Origin: Branchiostoma floridae
Taxonomy: Eukaryota
NCBI RefSeq assembly: GCF_015852565.1
Contig: NC_136205.1
Location: forward strand, 3,066,707-3,130,706
Length of the DNA stretch: 64,000 nt
Direction: 5' to 3'
In this document: piece by piece, positions 21,674-34,900 of the stretch
How positions within the stretch are numbered: position 1 is the first letter of the stretch
Layout of the letters: each line of letters begins with the position of its first letter
The notes under the pieces: model-generated
Databases searched by the model: none
What the model saw: only the letters and a program-made list of their open reading frames with translations
What the model was told of the DNA's origin: nothing
Program-made: the position numbers and the translations under genes

Positions 21674-22902
21674 GTCAGAGGGCAACTGTTCATTGTCCAG
21701 TCAAAAAGCAATGCTTGAGTTGTAACTTGTAACGTATAGAGTCCAGTTGATTCTGTGTATGGATGTAATGTTTTCAGTGTGCCTGGACTTTATGTTTGAA
21801 GTTATTACAACATGTAGAATATATTGAGTACACTGTCTTATAAGTGGCAGGAAGTGATTGAGAAAGTGGTGTCACTACAAAGGTCAGACCTCCAGGAGTG
21901 ACTGGAAATAGAGTCCAGAGGTGGTAGAACTTAGCTATTTATCAGACATGGTAGACATTCCAGGTCATGGGGTCAATGGAAGGGGCCACTAATTCATGGG
22001 GAGGTATTGTTTTCAGTGTTTTTTTTTTGCAGTTACGTATTTTCCATCTGCTAGGTTAGAGTCTGTTCATGCAATACCTAAGGAATTTGTGAGACAAAAA
22101 AAGTATCATTCCATGTTAGAAATAACCATTCTGTCTTTTCTGTTGACAAATTGATTTACACATTTTCTAGATTTCATTTCTGGTACTGGGGAACAAAGAA
22201 AGGACGGACAGCTACAAATGCAGGACGGCGGTGAAACTCGGCCTGCCCGTGGTGTCGCTCGACTACATCGAGGCCTGCGTACAGGCAGGGGAGCTGCTCC
22301 ATACCGACAGCTTCCTATTGGTCGGGAAGAGCGTTGCTGACGAGTTTTCTACGGGCAAAATCGCAGGTAATTAGGCGATTACACGTAACAGATAAAGAAC
22401 ACAGATGTTCTGCCGCACGATGTACGTAAGAATTTGGTGTTCAAATATTTTAATGGCATTTATTTTTATATGGATTGATGCCCTATATTGTTTTTAATGT
22501 AGTACAGTGGAGTTGTACATGTGATGTTCAGAACAATTCAGGATGTTTCCAACTGGACATCCTGCAAGTCTGTACAATTTGAATAAAACTCGTCAAGCTT
22601 GTCAGGTAACAGACTTCACCTCAACTGCTTCAAGTCATTATAGAGAATTGCTAAACTTTCATTCCAACACAAAGATAATGTAGGGACTTAAATTTTCGGT
22701 CGATTTCCGTCAAGTTACCTAATGTTCACAGAATGACCCTTTCTCACTCCAGCAGTGACGTCAGGAAGACACCACTTTTGTAGGTGGGGGTCATAAGTAT
22801 CAGAAAGTCTATGTCGCCCCCCGTCTCTGTTGAGTGTGGGCCGATGGGCTCTGATGTGCAAGGCCTCCTTCACTCCTCGTGCGAAGAAATCCTCAACAGA
22901 GA

Positions 22903-22939
<37 letters not shown>

Positions 22940-25900
22940 CGACATAGACTTTCTGATATTTATGACCCCCTCCTGCAAAAGTGGTGTCTTCCTGACGTCA
23001 CTGCTGGAGTGAGAAAGGATTTTATTCTGTGAACAAGGTCGACGGAGATCGGACCGAAAATTTAGGGGTAAGTCCCTACATTATCTTCGTGTTGGAATGA
23101 AAGTTTAGCAATTCTCTATAATGTATTCTACCAACACAGATGAACTTTCATGCTATGCTTCAAGTCAATCTATGGATCTAAAGTGACATAATTTAAGTTT
23201 TGGCTGCCTTTCAAAGCAAATAATATCCAAATACATCATAACTGTATGGGCATGTTCGGGCATGAGCGGCACCTGCCACGGCACACGAGTCGGGGGTAGG
23301 AGGAACCCCCTACATCCTTGGTTGGAAGTCCTCCTAGCAGATGGATACTCCGAACAACAAAGCTGCATCTGCTGGAGCCGCCTCACACGTTGCATACAGT
23401 TGCCCCTGTGAGACTTAGTGCTCCAATAGACGAGAGGGTGGAGAAGGAATTGCACACCCCTCCTTCACCATAAAAAGTCATGTGCAGGTCAGGCAAACAG
23501 GCAAATAGCCTGTCTGCCTCCTCATCTGTCCAATCGACAGGAGAAAAACATCATAACTGTCAGGAAGATGTATGAATTTCTACTACTAGAATCAATGTTT
23601 TTTCTAGCCATATTGCATTCTCTATCCTGACATGCATTCATTTGGTTTATTGGTTGATATTAAGTTTAAGATAACTATATGACATGACTTATAAATCCTT
23701 ACCTAATATTCCAGCCCCAAGAAGCCTGAAGCAGGCAGAAGTAAAGAAGGTGACAGTAGACATCAACAAAATCAAGTAAGGTGTCTTATTTTGACCAATT
23801 AGGGTCTTTCAATTCGTTATGATTATTGAATTGATTAAAAGGAAAATTCGAGTAAAATTTCTTATTTTACCAGATGATCACAATTCTTAGCTTACCATGC
23901 AGATAGTCATAAAAACTAAAATATTTCACAAAGTTATGGATCTTTAATTTCTTGCTTATCATGTTTACCCACTTAAGGGTGTGGAAACAAGGAGAAAATG
24001 GTCCAGATGGAGCTTTCAAACCTGTGTACTCCAAAGATACCAGCGGAGATCATCACTTGGTAGACGGAAAATTTGAGGTGGCCAAGTATGTCTTCTTACA
24101 GGTGAGTGAAGAGGTAAATTCCATGCAGAGTTTTCTCAAGGAAAAGTTTGCAAAAAGCAGTTTCTGACATTGCAAGCAACTGGATATGGTTTTGGAAACA
24201 GTCAGACGTGCAAATGGGAGCATTACATTTGCGAGTGGAGTGACCAACCTGGGAGATGATGTGGAAGTTAAATTGGAGGATTCTTAGCCTTCCTGAGGTG
24301 CAAACATTACTGTCAGACATATTGAAGACTTTGACCACTGGAAATTACTGTTTATATCAGAAAATAAGACAATATTGCTTCCAGTTCAAGACTTTATCAC
24401 TTTGTTACTTCTCATTAGCCTTAAGACAAGGATTTCAAATCTTATACGTTTCAAGTGAGATTCTCTCTGTAATTCTCTAACAGAAAGATACTCAGTCTGG
24501 TAAGGTGACCAAGAAGGGTTCAGCTGCACCTGTACTGCAGGTGCTGGAGCTACAGGTGGCATCAGGTGAACCTGATAACTCGAAAGGAGAGTTCAAGTAC
24601 AGGGTCATGACACAGGTGAGAAAAGTATCAACATTCTTGTTGGCTTGTTTGTATTGCGTATTGGTAAACAGCTTCATCGAAAAATTAAAATCAACACACC
24701 AGGGTTTCTATACTGAGGAGCACAAGCTGCATTTATCCAGACAGATTTATTTGATCCACTTCAGGGCTCGAAATTCATTTTTGGGATTAGGTGCACTGGT
24801 GCACCCAGCTTAAAAGATTGGGTGCACCAAAAATATTTTGGGTGCACCACTTAAATTTAAGTAATAACCTAGTAATAAAACTTAGTTACAAGCTATCGAA
24901 TTCTTAAACAACAGACATTTTTATTATCTTTCTAACACTTAGATGTCAAGAATATGATGTACGTGTATACTATGTATACTTTGATATCTTTACATACATA
25001 AACCTAAGAAAATATTTGGGTGCATCCTGTGCACCCAGAGAAAATAATTGGGTGCACAGCTCCAATTCTGGGTGAACCTGGGTGCACATGCACCCAGTAT
25101 TTCGAGCCCTGCACTTACATCAGGAAGAACCCTTTTTTTGATAAGTGTGTTGGGTTTTTTAAATGCTTGAGATGTAGCTCTTCCCAAATATGGGACCTTT
25201 ATTTAGCATTCTATTGAGGCCAGCTAGAGTTGGATTTGGATTATTGTTTGTTTTACTAAGGCTTAACTCTCCTGTAATACCCCTACCAGGAGACAGGTGG
25301 CGCCAAAGAGTACAGGTACGTACAGACCGCGGATGAGGCAGTACAGGTGTACGGTATGCTGTACGACAGGTACACCAAACATCCGCACAACTACCGCAGG
25401 GCGGGGTCAGACGGGGACACGCCTTGGACGGTGGGGTCACCTCAACTGCTTCAGGTAAGTGGAAGATTTTTTTTAAAGCAAGAGCAAGTTAGATTAGACT
25501 TTGCATGTTATTGTCTGTACCCCTATGGTATCTGTATCCCCTGTGTCCGTACCCTGTAGTGTCCGTGCCACCTGTAGTGTCTGTACTCTCAGTAGTGTTT
25601 GTACAAGTTCCCTCTGTAGTGTGTGTACACCATGTATAGTTTCAGTGCCCCATGTATAGTTCCTTTAGCTCCATTTTTGGCCTTTAACAAAGTCCATGTA
25701 AAATGCTCCACAAATCTAACTCTTATTTGTCATTGTGGTAGGAAAACTTTTGCAACATACTAAAGGACCATTTAAAAGATATTGATGCCATCAAATGGAC
25801 ATTGCTTTTTCTTTCATTTTGGTAGGAGTAATTCGTCGATGTAGGTTAGACATCCAGGTAATAAGATACGCCAAAAAGTAGTTACTCTGAGCAACTGGAT

Positions 25901-28900
25901 ATGATTTTGGAAACGGTCAGACGTTTTGGATAGAATCCACTATCCTTCGTCAGTGACACTGAAGTGATCTGGAAGAAACAGGTCTTTTATACTCTAACTA
26001 TGGATGAAAACAATTTCAGATGTCCAATTTTGGTAGGAGTAATTGTTACATGATTGTATATCTTTGAAAAATTCTGTTTGTGCCCCTGTAGATATTGAGT
26101 GAGGTTCAGACCCACACAGCCAGCGTGCCCCCCAGTGTCCTGGCTCTAGTGGACTCACTCTGGGAGGAGGCTCTGGGAAACCTGTCTCACGTCATCAACG
26201 GAGATGTACTACACATCAAAGTGGACCAGGTTCGTTCGTTTGTTCGTATCCATTTTTGATTATACTGCTGCTGGGATCCCTGTCACGGGTAGGCAGCAGT
26301 CGGATAGTCTTCACACTGTGCTTATAATAATATAATAATATCATTAATTTCTTTCTGTCCCTTGAATTTTCAATGGAATACTTGTCGAGTGTGGAAGGCG
26401 CGATGATCCTAAAGGGGTCTTGGGAACTTAGTTTCAAAATCTCTGAAAGACCCCCTGAAACACTGTTTCCTGCATTTTGAGGGGCAAATTTTGCTGGTAG
26501 AGTAGACTCAGCTTGGTCCAATCACCAGGTATCTGAGCTGTATTCATGGAGATCTTTGCAATATTTGATTTTTTAGATATCTTTACATGCTGGTTTTTGT
26601 CCGTCACAAAGGACAAAATGTGTAAAATGTTTGTTTGTCCCTAGCTGCAAAGTTCCATCGAAAACAAGGACGGATGCAGACTAGAACCCTGGGTTGTACT
26701 GTAACCTAGTATTGATCAGAAGTTTCATCACTTAGTAATCAAACATACTTTCTTGATCTTTTAGGTATTATTATCACCTATAGAAATGTCTGATTTGTTG
26801 AAAAATATTGTATAATGATATGATATGAAGTTATGACGTTTAATTGAAATTATGACATTAATGCATTTTACATGAACTATTTTCTTTTCCAGATCGACAA
26901 GGCAGAAGCACTACTTCTAAAGCTAAAGCAGGCTGTTGAAAGGAAGGCAGCAAATGAGGAGCTTCAGAAACTCTCCTCGGAGTTTTACAGCGCCATCCCC
27001 CACCGACCCGTCCACAAGTGTGTCATCAGGAACAAGAGGATAATAGCACGGAAACAGGACATGTGTCAGGTACAGGGCTCTAGCCAGCTCGACATTTTTT
27101 TTCCGTCAGCCAATTCCCAATGTCGCGAAAACACTATTCCAGGAGTTAGAGAGACTGAACTGAGACCTTAAAAAACGGGTTTTAATGAGATTATCGTATG
27201 CAAAAGGGCACCGACACACAATATCAACAATCATAACAATAGCAAAACAAACAGTGTGTGGCTTTTACGGCCGTGGACGGCGTCCCCAAGCAGCCTGTAG
27301 CTTCCACCAAGGAGCTTTTATCAGATTTTTGTCCGTCAAAGTTGACGGATTGGTTTTAAAATTTTTCCGTCACACGCAGCAAATTTCCGTCAATTGACGG
27401 AAAAACGGACGCTGGCTAGAGCCCTGGTCAGGTAAAAAGTAGGCCGGTAGCCTAAAAGTAAGACATTGTCAGGCTTCAGTTGATCCATAGACTATAGAAT
27501 GAATGAATGAAGGAAGAAAACCTTTATTGTAAAATGATAAAACTATGTTTCTGCTCTCACAAGCTAAGTACAAGTCAAAATGATAATAAAAGATGACAGT
27601 TCCGAGTAGTCTGAGTACAAGTTCTTAATTAAGTTCTAGTGATGTGAGGGCAAGTTATCTCACTACATTACTACTAGTCTAGAAACAGGGCCTCAGTTGG
27701 CATAGCCTGGAGACATGATATGTTACACTTCAGTCAAGCAATACCAGGAAGACAAGACATGTCATGTCATGATATATCAAACAACCTGAAATTTTGCTAG
27801 TCAAGAAAGAAATCTGACAGAGGTTATGTGCTATATTAATTTTGTAGGTTTCAATGCATAGTACAAGATTGTACAAAATCAAAGCAGCTGTATATTTTAC
27901 TTAGAAGATTACTTTGAAGTTTATGAACTCTAGCATAGTCATATAATAACATTGAATTTAAAAATGGAATGCAAAAGTGTTTAACGTTAATTTTTCATGT
28001 TTCCTTTCCCAGCTGATTCGAGACATGGTGAGCGTGAGTGAGGCCACGAGCTGGGCTTATCGCCCGAGCGCCGTCGCCAGGTGCCACGCCCTCAGGTGTA
28101 ACATCCAACCACTGGACAGGGACAGCGAAGACTTCCGTAGTCTGGAGTCCACGATTTACTACAGCCAAGGGAAGGGGTAAGGCCATTGTGTCACAGGGAT
28201 GAGTGAGAGAGTGAGTGAGAGAGTGAGTGAGTGAGTGAGTGAGTGAGTGAGTGAGTGAGTGAGTGAGTGAGTGAGTGAGTGAGTGAGAGTGAGTGAGTGA
28301 GTGAGTGAGTGAGTGAGTGAGTGAGTGAGTGAGTGAGTGAGTGAGTGAGTGAGTGAGAGAGTGAGGTAGTGAGTGAGAGTGTTTGAGCGGTTGAAAGTTT
28401 TAAATTCTATTTAATAGGCTACATACATTGTAAGCTTATTGAACTTAAAGATCTTGTTACTTGTTTTGACTTGATCTTAAGATGTTTTGCCTCAATCTTG
28501 AGATGTTTTAGAAAAATCTTAAAATGCTTCATAAAACATCTCAAGATATTTTGAAAGTTGCTTGAAAAAGTCCCTGAATTTACTATTTTTTACAGTGATT
28601 TGAATGCGTATCTTAATCATATTGTCATCAGTAATACACCCAGTATTCTCTCAATCACCGTACAGTTTTTAGGGTTCATGATTGTGTTGTTGATAACCCC
28701 CTCACATTAGGCGCGATTCAATCAGACGACGAGTCTGCGAGCTCTAAATTACGAGGAGGCATGACCCTGACGGGAAGGGGGAACTCTGCCATTTCTTCGT
28801 TGGCATCAGGGTCATGCCTCCTTGTAATTTAGAGCTCGCAGACTCGTCGTCCGATCGAATCGCGGCTAATGTGAGGGGGGGTATAAGCACCATCCAATGT

Positions 28901-31900
28901 GGTAGATCTCTGGGTGAAAAACATGCTTGTGAGAGACACACATGGCCAAAGCGTTATTAAATTTCAACTATATGACAAGGACATACATGTAGCAGAAATA
29001 AGTTAAACAGCTTCTTTAGGAGTTTTTAAAAAAGGTAAAGTTCAACCACACTCCTTATTTTCAGTGGGCAGTCCATCAGAGTTGAGAACGTGTTCAGGGT
29101 GTGTCGCTCTGTGGAGGAAGCTGGGTTCAACTCTGCCATCGGGAATGTCCAAATCAAGTTTCACTCCTCACAGGTAAACTATTTGTTTTCTCACAATGAT
29201 TTTGTTACTAAATCATGTTTTTCAAAAGTGACTAATGAGAAGTTAACAAAGTTAGTATTTTTTAAAAAATTTTCTATATCAGTCTATCTTAGTTGAGGCA
29301 CCTGCATTTAAAGCTCCTTCTATGTATTTTCAATTAATAAATCTCTTTTGTATATTTTACAGGCACAGAACTTTGTTGGCATCTTGTCAAGGTAGGCAAG
29401 ATTTCAGTTCTGTATCTGTATCTGTATCTGTATCTATATAGCCGGTATAACCGCCGTTTGGCGTAACACACCAGCTTCGCAGGCACGCGGCGCGGCAGCA
29501 GCTGGTTATATTACACCAAACGACTCGTTACCCCTAACTTTTGCACATCTATCTGCAAGCATTCTTTAAAACTACCCAGAGAAGATGCCCCTACTGTACT
29601 TGGTGATAACAAATTCCACTTAGAATTGTTAAGAATGAATGACAAAAGGTGTTGATATAACCTTAACCCTGTGAAACTAGATCTTATGCAATAAATGATC
29701 TCTATACAGTCATCACATTAGTATTTAGTAACAGTTTTAATATTCGTTAACTAGCATTATTTTTAGTTGTCTGTCTCTTTTACACGTTAAACTAAAAAAC
29801 ATGACCTTGAAACGTGTGTTGTTCAGAGGTCTGCTGCTCCCCAAGGTCGTTGTTGATGACTTCGGCGGAACCAGAACTGACGCAGGCATGCTGGGACATG
29901 GCATCTACTTCTCAGATGCAAGGTAAGGGTCGTGTGGCGCAATTAGAGGGTGTTTGATTGATGAAACTCTTGTTTTCCCAGTTTTCCGTAAGCCAGTGAA
30001 AATGTTTGGTACATGGTGCTGAAATGCCGTCCATCAAAATTTGAAGACTTAGTCAGTTACTACTGGTGGCTGCTGGTCCCAGAAAAGTTATTTCCTGATG
30101 TCAGTTTCCTGCTATATGTATGTAGTACATGTATGACCTAGGAGCCAGTGGGGAAAATACTGAAGACTTTATCAAAAAGAAATTTGCAGTAATAATGACT
30201 AAAACTGGAAATTAACATAAACTAAAAAAAGAATATTTCATTGAGGCATGACACTATTGATTTCTTGTTTCTTGCTATTCAACAATGGTCCATTCTTACA
30301 GCACCAGTGCAAAATACTCCTCTCCCAACAAGTCCAGAGGTACCAGATACATGGTAGTGAGTGAGGTAGCCTTGGGGAAGTGTAAGGATGTGTATCAACA
30401 CGGCATCGATTCCTAAATGTTTCTAACATTTCAATCATGGTCCTTTCTTACAGCACCAGTGCAGCATACTCCTCTCCCAACAAGTCCAGAGGTACCAGAT
30501 ACATGGTAGTGAGTGAGGTAGCCTTGGGGAAGTGTAAGGATGTGTATCAACACGGCATCGATTCCTAAATGTTTCTAACATTTCAATCATGGTCCTTTCT
30601 TACAGCACCAGTGCAGCATACTCCTCTCCCAACAAGTCCAGAGGTACCAGATACATGGTAGTGAGTGAGGTAGCCTTGGGGAAGTGTAAGGATGTGTACA
30701 AACACGACACCAGCCTGACACAACCACCTCAGGGGTACAACAGTGTGCATGGAGTCAAGGGGACTGATGAGATCACTTCAGAGTTTAAGGTAGGAATATT
30801 CTAAATGAGAAACGAACTCTTCTCCAACTCCAAAGTATTGAATTTTTGTCTGAATAACTCAGTCGTCTTAATCTGGAGAGAATCTCATTTTCATTTACAA
30901 CTGTCTTGAGAAGCAAGAAGAAGTTGAACCTTTACATACTAGACTAAGTATACTTTAGACTTTGTTGTCTTAGTTTTATATCACATCCTTACACACATTG
31001 CACTTAGAATCCCTAGGAACTGCATTCTATTCACCTTGTTTCCAATGACATAATTTCCGAAAACCAACATGCGTATAGAAAATCACACTCTACAGCTAGT
31101 GCCCTTATACAAATGTCTGACTACTGGTTGGGGGAGATAGATAAAGGGAATTTGATTGGCGCCGTTATGCTAGATTTTAGCGCGGCATTTGATGTCATTA
31201 ACCACGATATTTGTTTAGCCAAGCTTAAGAGCTATGGTTTTGAGGAATCTGCAATCAAGTGGGTACAGAGTTATCTTGGCAACAGGAAACAAGCTGTATT
31301 CGTTAACGGTAGTTTTTCCTCATATAAAGAATCCAGGTGCGGCGTTCCCCAAGGCAGCTGCCTGGGTCCATTGCTTTTCTCTATATTTGTCAATGATCTC
31401 CCCGCATTTACAAATAGTATAGTAGTCATGTACGCTGATGATTCAACGCCCTCAGCATCGGCTCCCACTGTCGCGAAATTGAAATACAAATTGCAGACTG
31501 ACTTGGAGCGAATCTGGAATTGGGTACAAACTAATCATCTTGTTCTCAATATTGGAAAAACTAAATCAATCATGATGGGTACGCAACAAAAACTAAAACG
31601 TAATCCCAAATTAGAACTAAGAATAGATGGAACAGACATTACACATGTAGAACAGGCTGAACTGTTAGGTCTCACTATAGACCAACGTCTCACATGGGGA
31701 TCGCATATTGACAAAACGAAGAATAAAATGGCAGGCATACTAGCCACAATAAGACGACACAGGAAGTACTTCACAAAAAGTATATTGAGATCTGTTATTC
31801 AGGCTCTGGTTTTGTCACACATTGACTACGGCTCAGTGCTGCTATCCTCTGCACCACAGACACACATAGATGGTCTTCAGGTGGTCCAGAATCGCGCTGC

Positions 31901-34900
31901 TCGCCTGGCCACAAACAAGCCCTTTGACACCAACCTGGAAGACCTACACATGCAGTTAAAGTGGCAAACCGTTAAAGAAAGACTCTTCACAAATACTGTA
32001 TGTACATTCCACAAAATTGTTAAGGAAAGGCAACCCCAATGCATCTTCAAGCAATTACAAACAATTCAATCCACACATGAGCATCACACGAGGCTGTCTA
32101 CTAGAGGAGCATTCACTCAATCAAAACCCAAAACAAACGCTAAAACAAGGACATTTGGCTACAGATGCATCAAAACCTATAACACATTGCCAAACACAAC
32201 GACATCATACAACAACATTGAGTTCAAATCTAGGATAAAAGAGCTTGCGAAAACACGAGACAAAAGACAACCCCTGAGCACATGGTGGTAATGATTTTTA
32301 TATTTCAGTATATCTAAGTTATATATTTATGTTGTGTTATTAGTACACTTTTGATTGGATTGTGTTTCAATCAATTAAGTTAACTTCTTCTGCTATTCAT
32401 TATTTGTTATGTATGATCACTTCTTTATTTTGACCTCTGACCTCTGCTTATTATTTTGCTTATTATTTTACGCTAATTATCCGCTTTTGATGTTAAGTTG
32501 TTTCTTTTTCATTTCATGTATTTTATTTATTCTTATTATTATGACTCCAGGAAGAGTAGTGGCATGATTTTATGATGTACACTAATGGAGATCGCAACAA
32601 ACAAACAAACCTTGACCTGTACTTGTTAGAGAGCATAAACGTATAATAAAGGTCTTCATTATCATTAAAAAATCTTAGACAGAAATTGTCAACACAATGA
32701 TTACTAATAGATTTATATCATTTATAGCTTAATGAGTTTTGGTAGTAGTTAATTACATATGTTTCATACTCAATCTGGTATATCCTGTTACAGGATGATG
32801 AATATGTCATCTACAATGTTCAGCAGCAAAAAATGAGGTATGTGAAACGAATTCCCATAATTTTGTATCTTGTGTTGTTTATAACTGTGTGGCAGAAAGT
32901 AGAAGTGGAGATTGTCACTGCCCTAACATCAATTCTCATAATTTAACTGGGTGCCATCAATACCCCCAAATGAGAAAAAGACATGAATTCAATGTAATTT
33001 AAAGAGATACAGACATTACAGTAGAAGCCAGTCAACTGCACAATGGATTAATGCACACTTCTGTTAACTGCAAGGAATCCCAAACCGGTGCAGTCCAGCT
33101 AGATAACTTTGCATTATTACACCAGCCGGATAATTGCACGAGATTCATTGGCAAATAGGCCGTGCAATTAAGTGGCTTCTACTGTATATGAATGCAGCAT
33201 ATGTAATCCTTGGGTACATGTATATAGTATTACACTTCAGATATTTACGTGACATGTTCAAAATGATCTTGAGAATGCCTCTATGTTGAGGTCTTATGGC
33301 ATCTGATGGAATTATGAGACTCATAAGTTGATGTTACACAGTGTTTTTAACCAACCAATTCTCACTGTACATTAACCATTGCTTTCAAGTACTATTTATT
33401 TATTGGTTTAGCTGTTCAGAACACACAGCCAGGGTTGCCCAACTAGCCTATGGCTATTACAAAGGGCTAACCCTGCTGACAAAAACAGAGACAATACATA
33501 TGGATTTGAACAGAATACTTATCAACAGATTTTCTAAGTTCATAAAGGATAGAAATGAAAACAAAAAAAAGTACATTTATACAGTATATACAAGGTGTAG
33601 CATGGCATACATATTATCTATAATAGAATATATAACATCATATATAACAATATTTGCAATGAGAGGTCAGGGTCTGTATATACACGTGTATGACTATGTG
33701 TAAGGGTCGCCTAGGCATTCTCACAGTTTTCTTTTGCTTGATAACATTGTTAGTGCTTTTGCAGATGTTTATTTCATGACCTGAATTTCTCCGTTGTTGC
33801 AGGTACCTTGTGGAGTTCTCGCTGCCAGGTGATCAGGTGACACCTGTGGATGAGACTGCTTACCTGCACCTGCTCACACCTGAGGGGGAGGCAGAGGAAG
33901 GGGAGGATCTAAACAAGATCTGTAAGTGCTGTAAAATTATTACAGGCTTACAAACTCTTAGATAAACAGGTACATAGAAAGTAGTGTGCTCCCTTATGTA
34001 TTTGGGGGGTTGGCTCAAACCCTGGTTTGAAAAATAGTACATACATGACTTCTTCAGCACTTAACACTTATGACAAAGAGTGTAAAAGCACAACAGTGGA
34101 CTAACCCCATACTGTGGTGGTCCTGTGTAGTCTAAGGCCTGTAGAGATATAGCTGCCACCTCGTTCAGTCTATATATGATAAGTATGGGACTTAGAATTA
34201 GGACTAACTTAAGTGTTTTATGCCTTGAAAATAAAAAGTAAAATAATAATTAGAACATGCATCTATTGCATGTTACAGCTCTATATAGTCTATTGATTTT
34301 AACAGGATTCAAGTTTTGTTTTCAAAACTTATTAAAACTTTGAAAGGAACAATGATTTCACTAACTGTTACTGAAAAGCATACAACTTTTTTTTTTTCAT
34401 CCAGCCCTTGAAGATGTGCAGAACATTGCTGACCCTCTAGACAAGGTCAAAGGTGGGCTTATCTCCAAACACGGGGAGGAGACCCCCGTCCCGCTCAAGT
34501 CTGTACATGTCAGAGCCAAGCTCCTGGATTTAGCTGCACAGGTAAACTATAAGTTGTATCCATTATTTGATGAAACTGCTGCTGAGGGGTGGGTACCGGT
34601 ACAGAAAATTTAAGTACTATCTGGTTCATATAAAGAGGAAAATGTCCAGGTCTGGATCTGAACCTCGACCTGATTGTCTGTGAAAACCTTCGTCCTGAAG
34701 AAATTATGGTAACTACAAAGTAAAACTAAACTCTTCTTCACTCTTGTTATTTCATTGGACATTTTGTAAGCTCCCAAACGTGTAGACCAGTGCCATAATC
34801 TGTTCATTTTCTATCAGACTCTTATCAGGTCTGTTTTTCTTGGACCGGTAAAACAAGAAAAAAAATACACTATATCAATGTTCGTCCACTATTGCTTGAA

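Noticed and set aside
22715-23032. ORFs with polyPro/polyGly runs
   Set aside because: These are translations of the G36/C36 homopolymer and the inverted arms of the foldback element.
33341-33703. 120-aa plus-strand ORF in PARP4 intron 14
   Set aside because: AT-rich and low-complexity, with no homology I recognise, no usable splice sites, and not needed for frame continuity.
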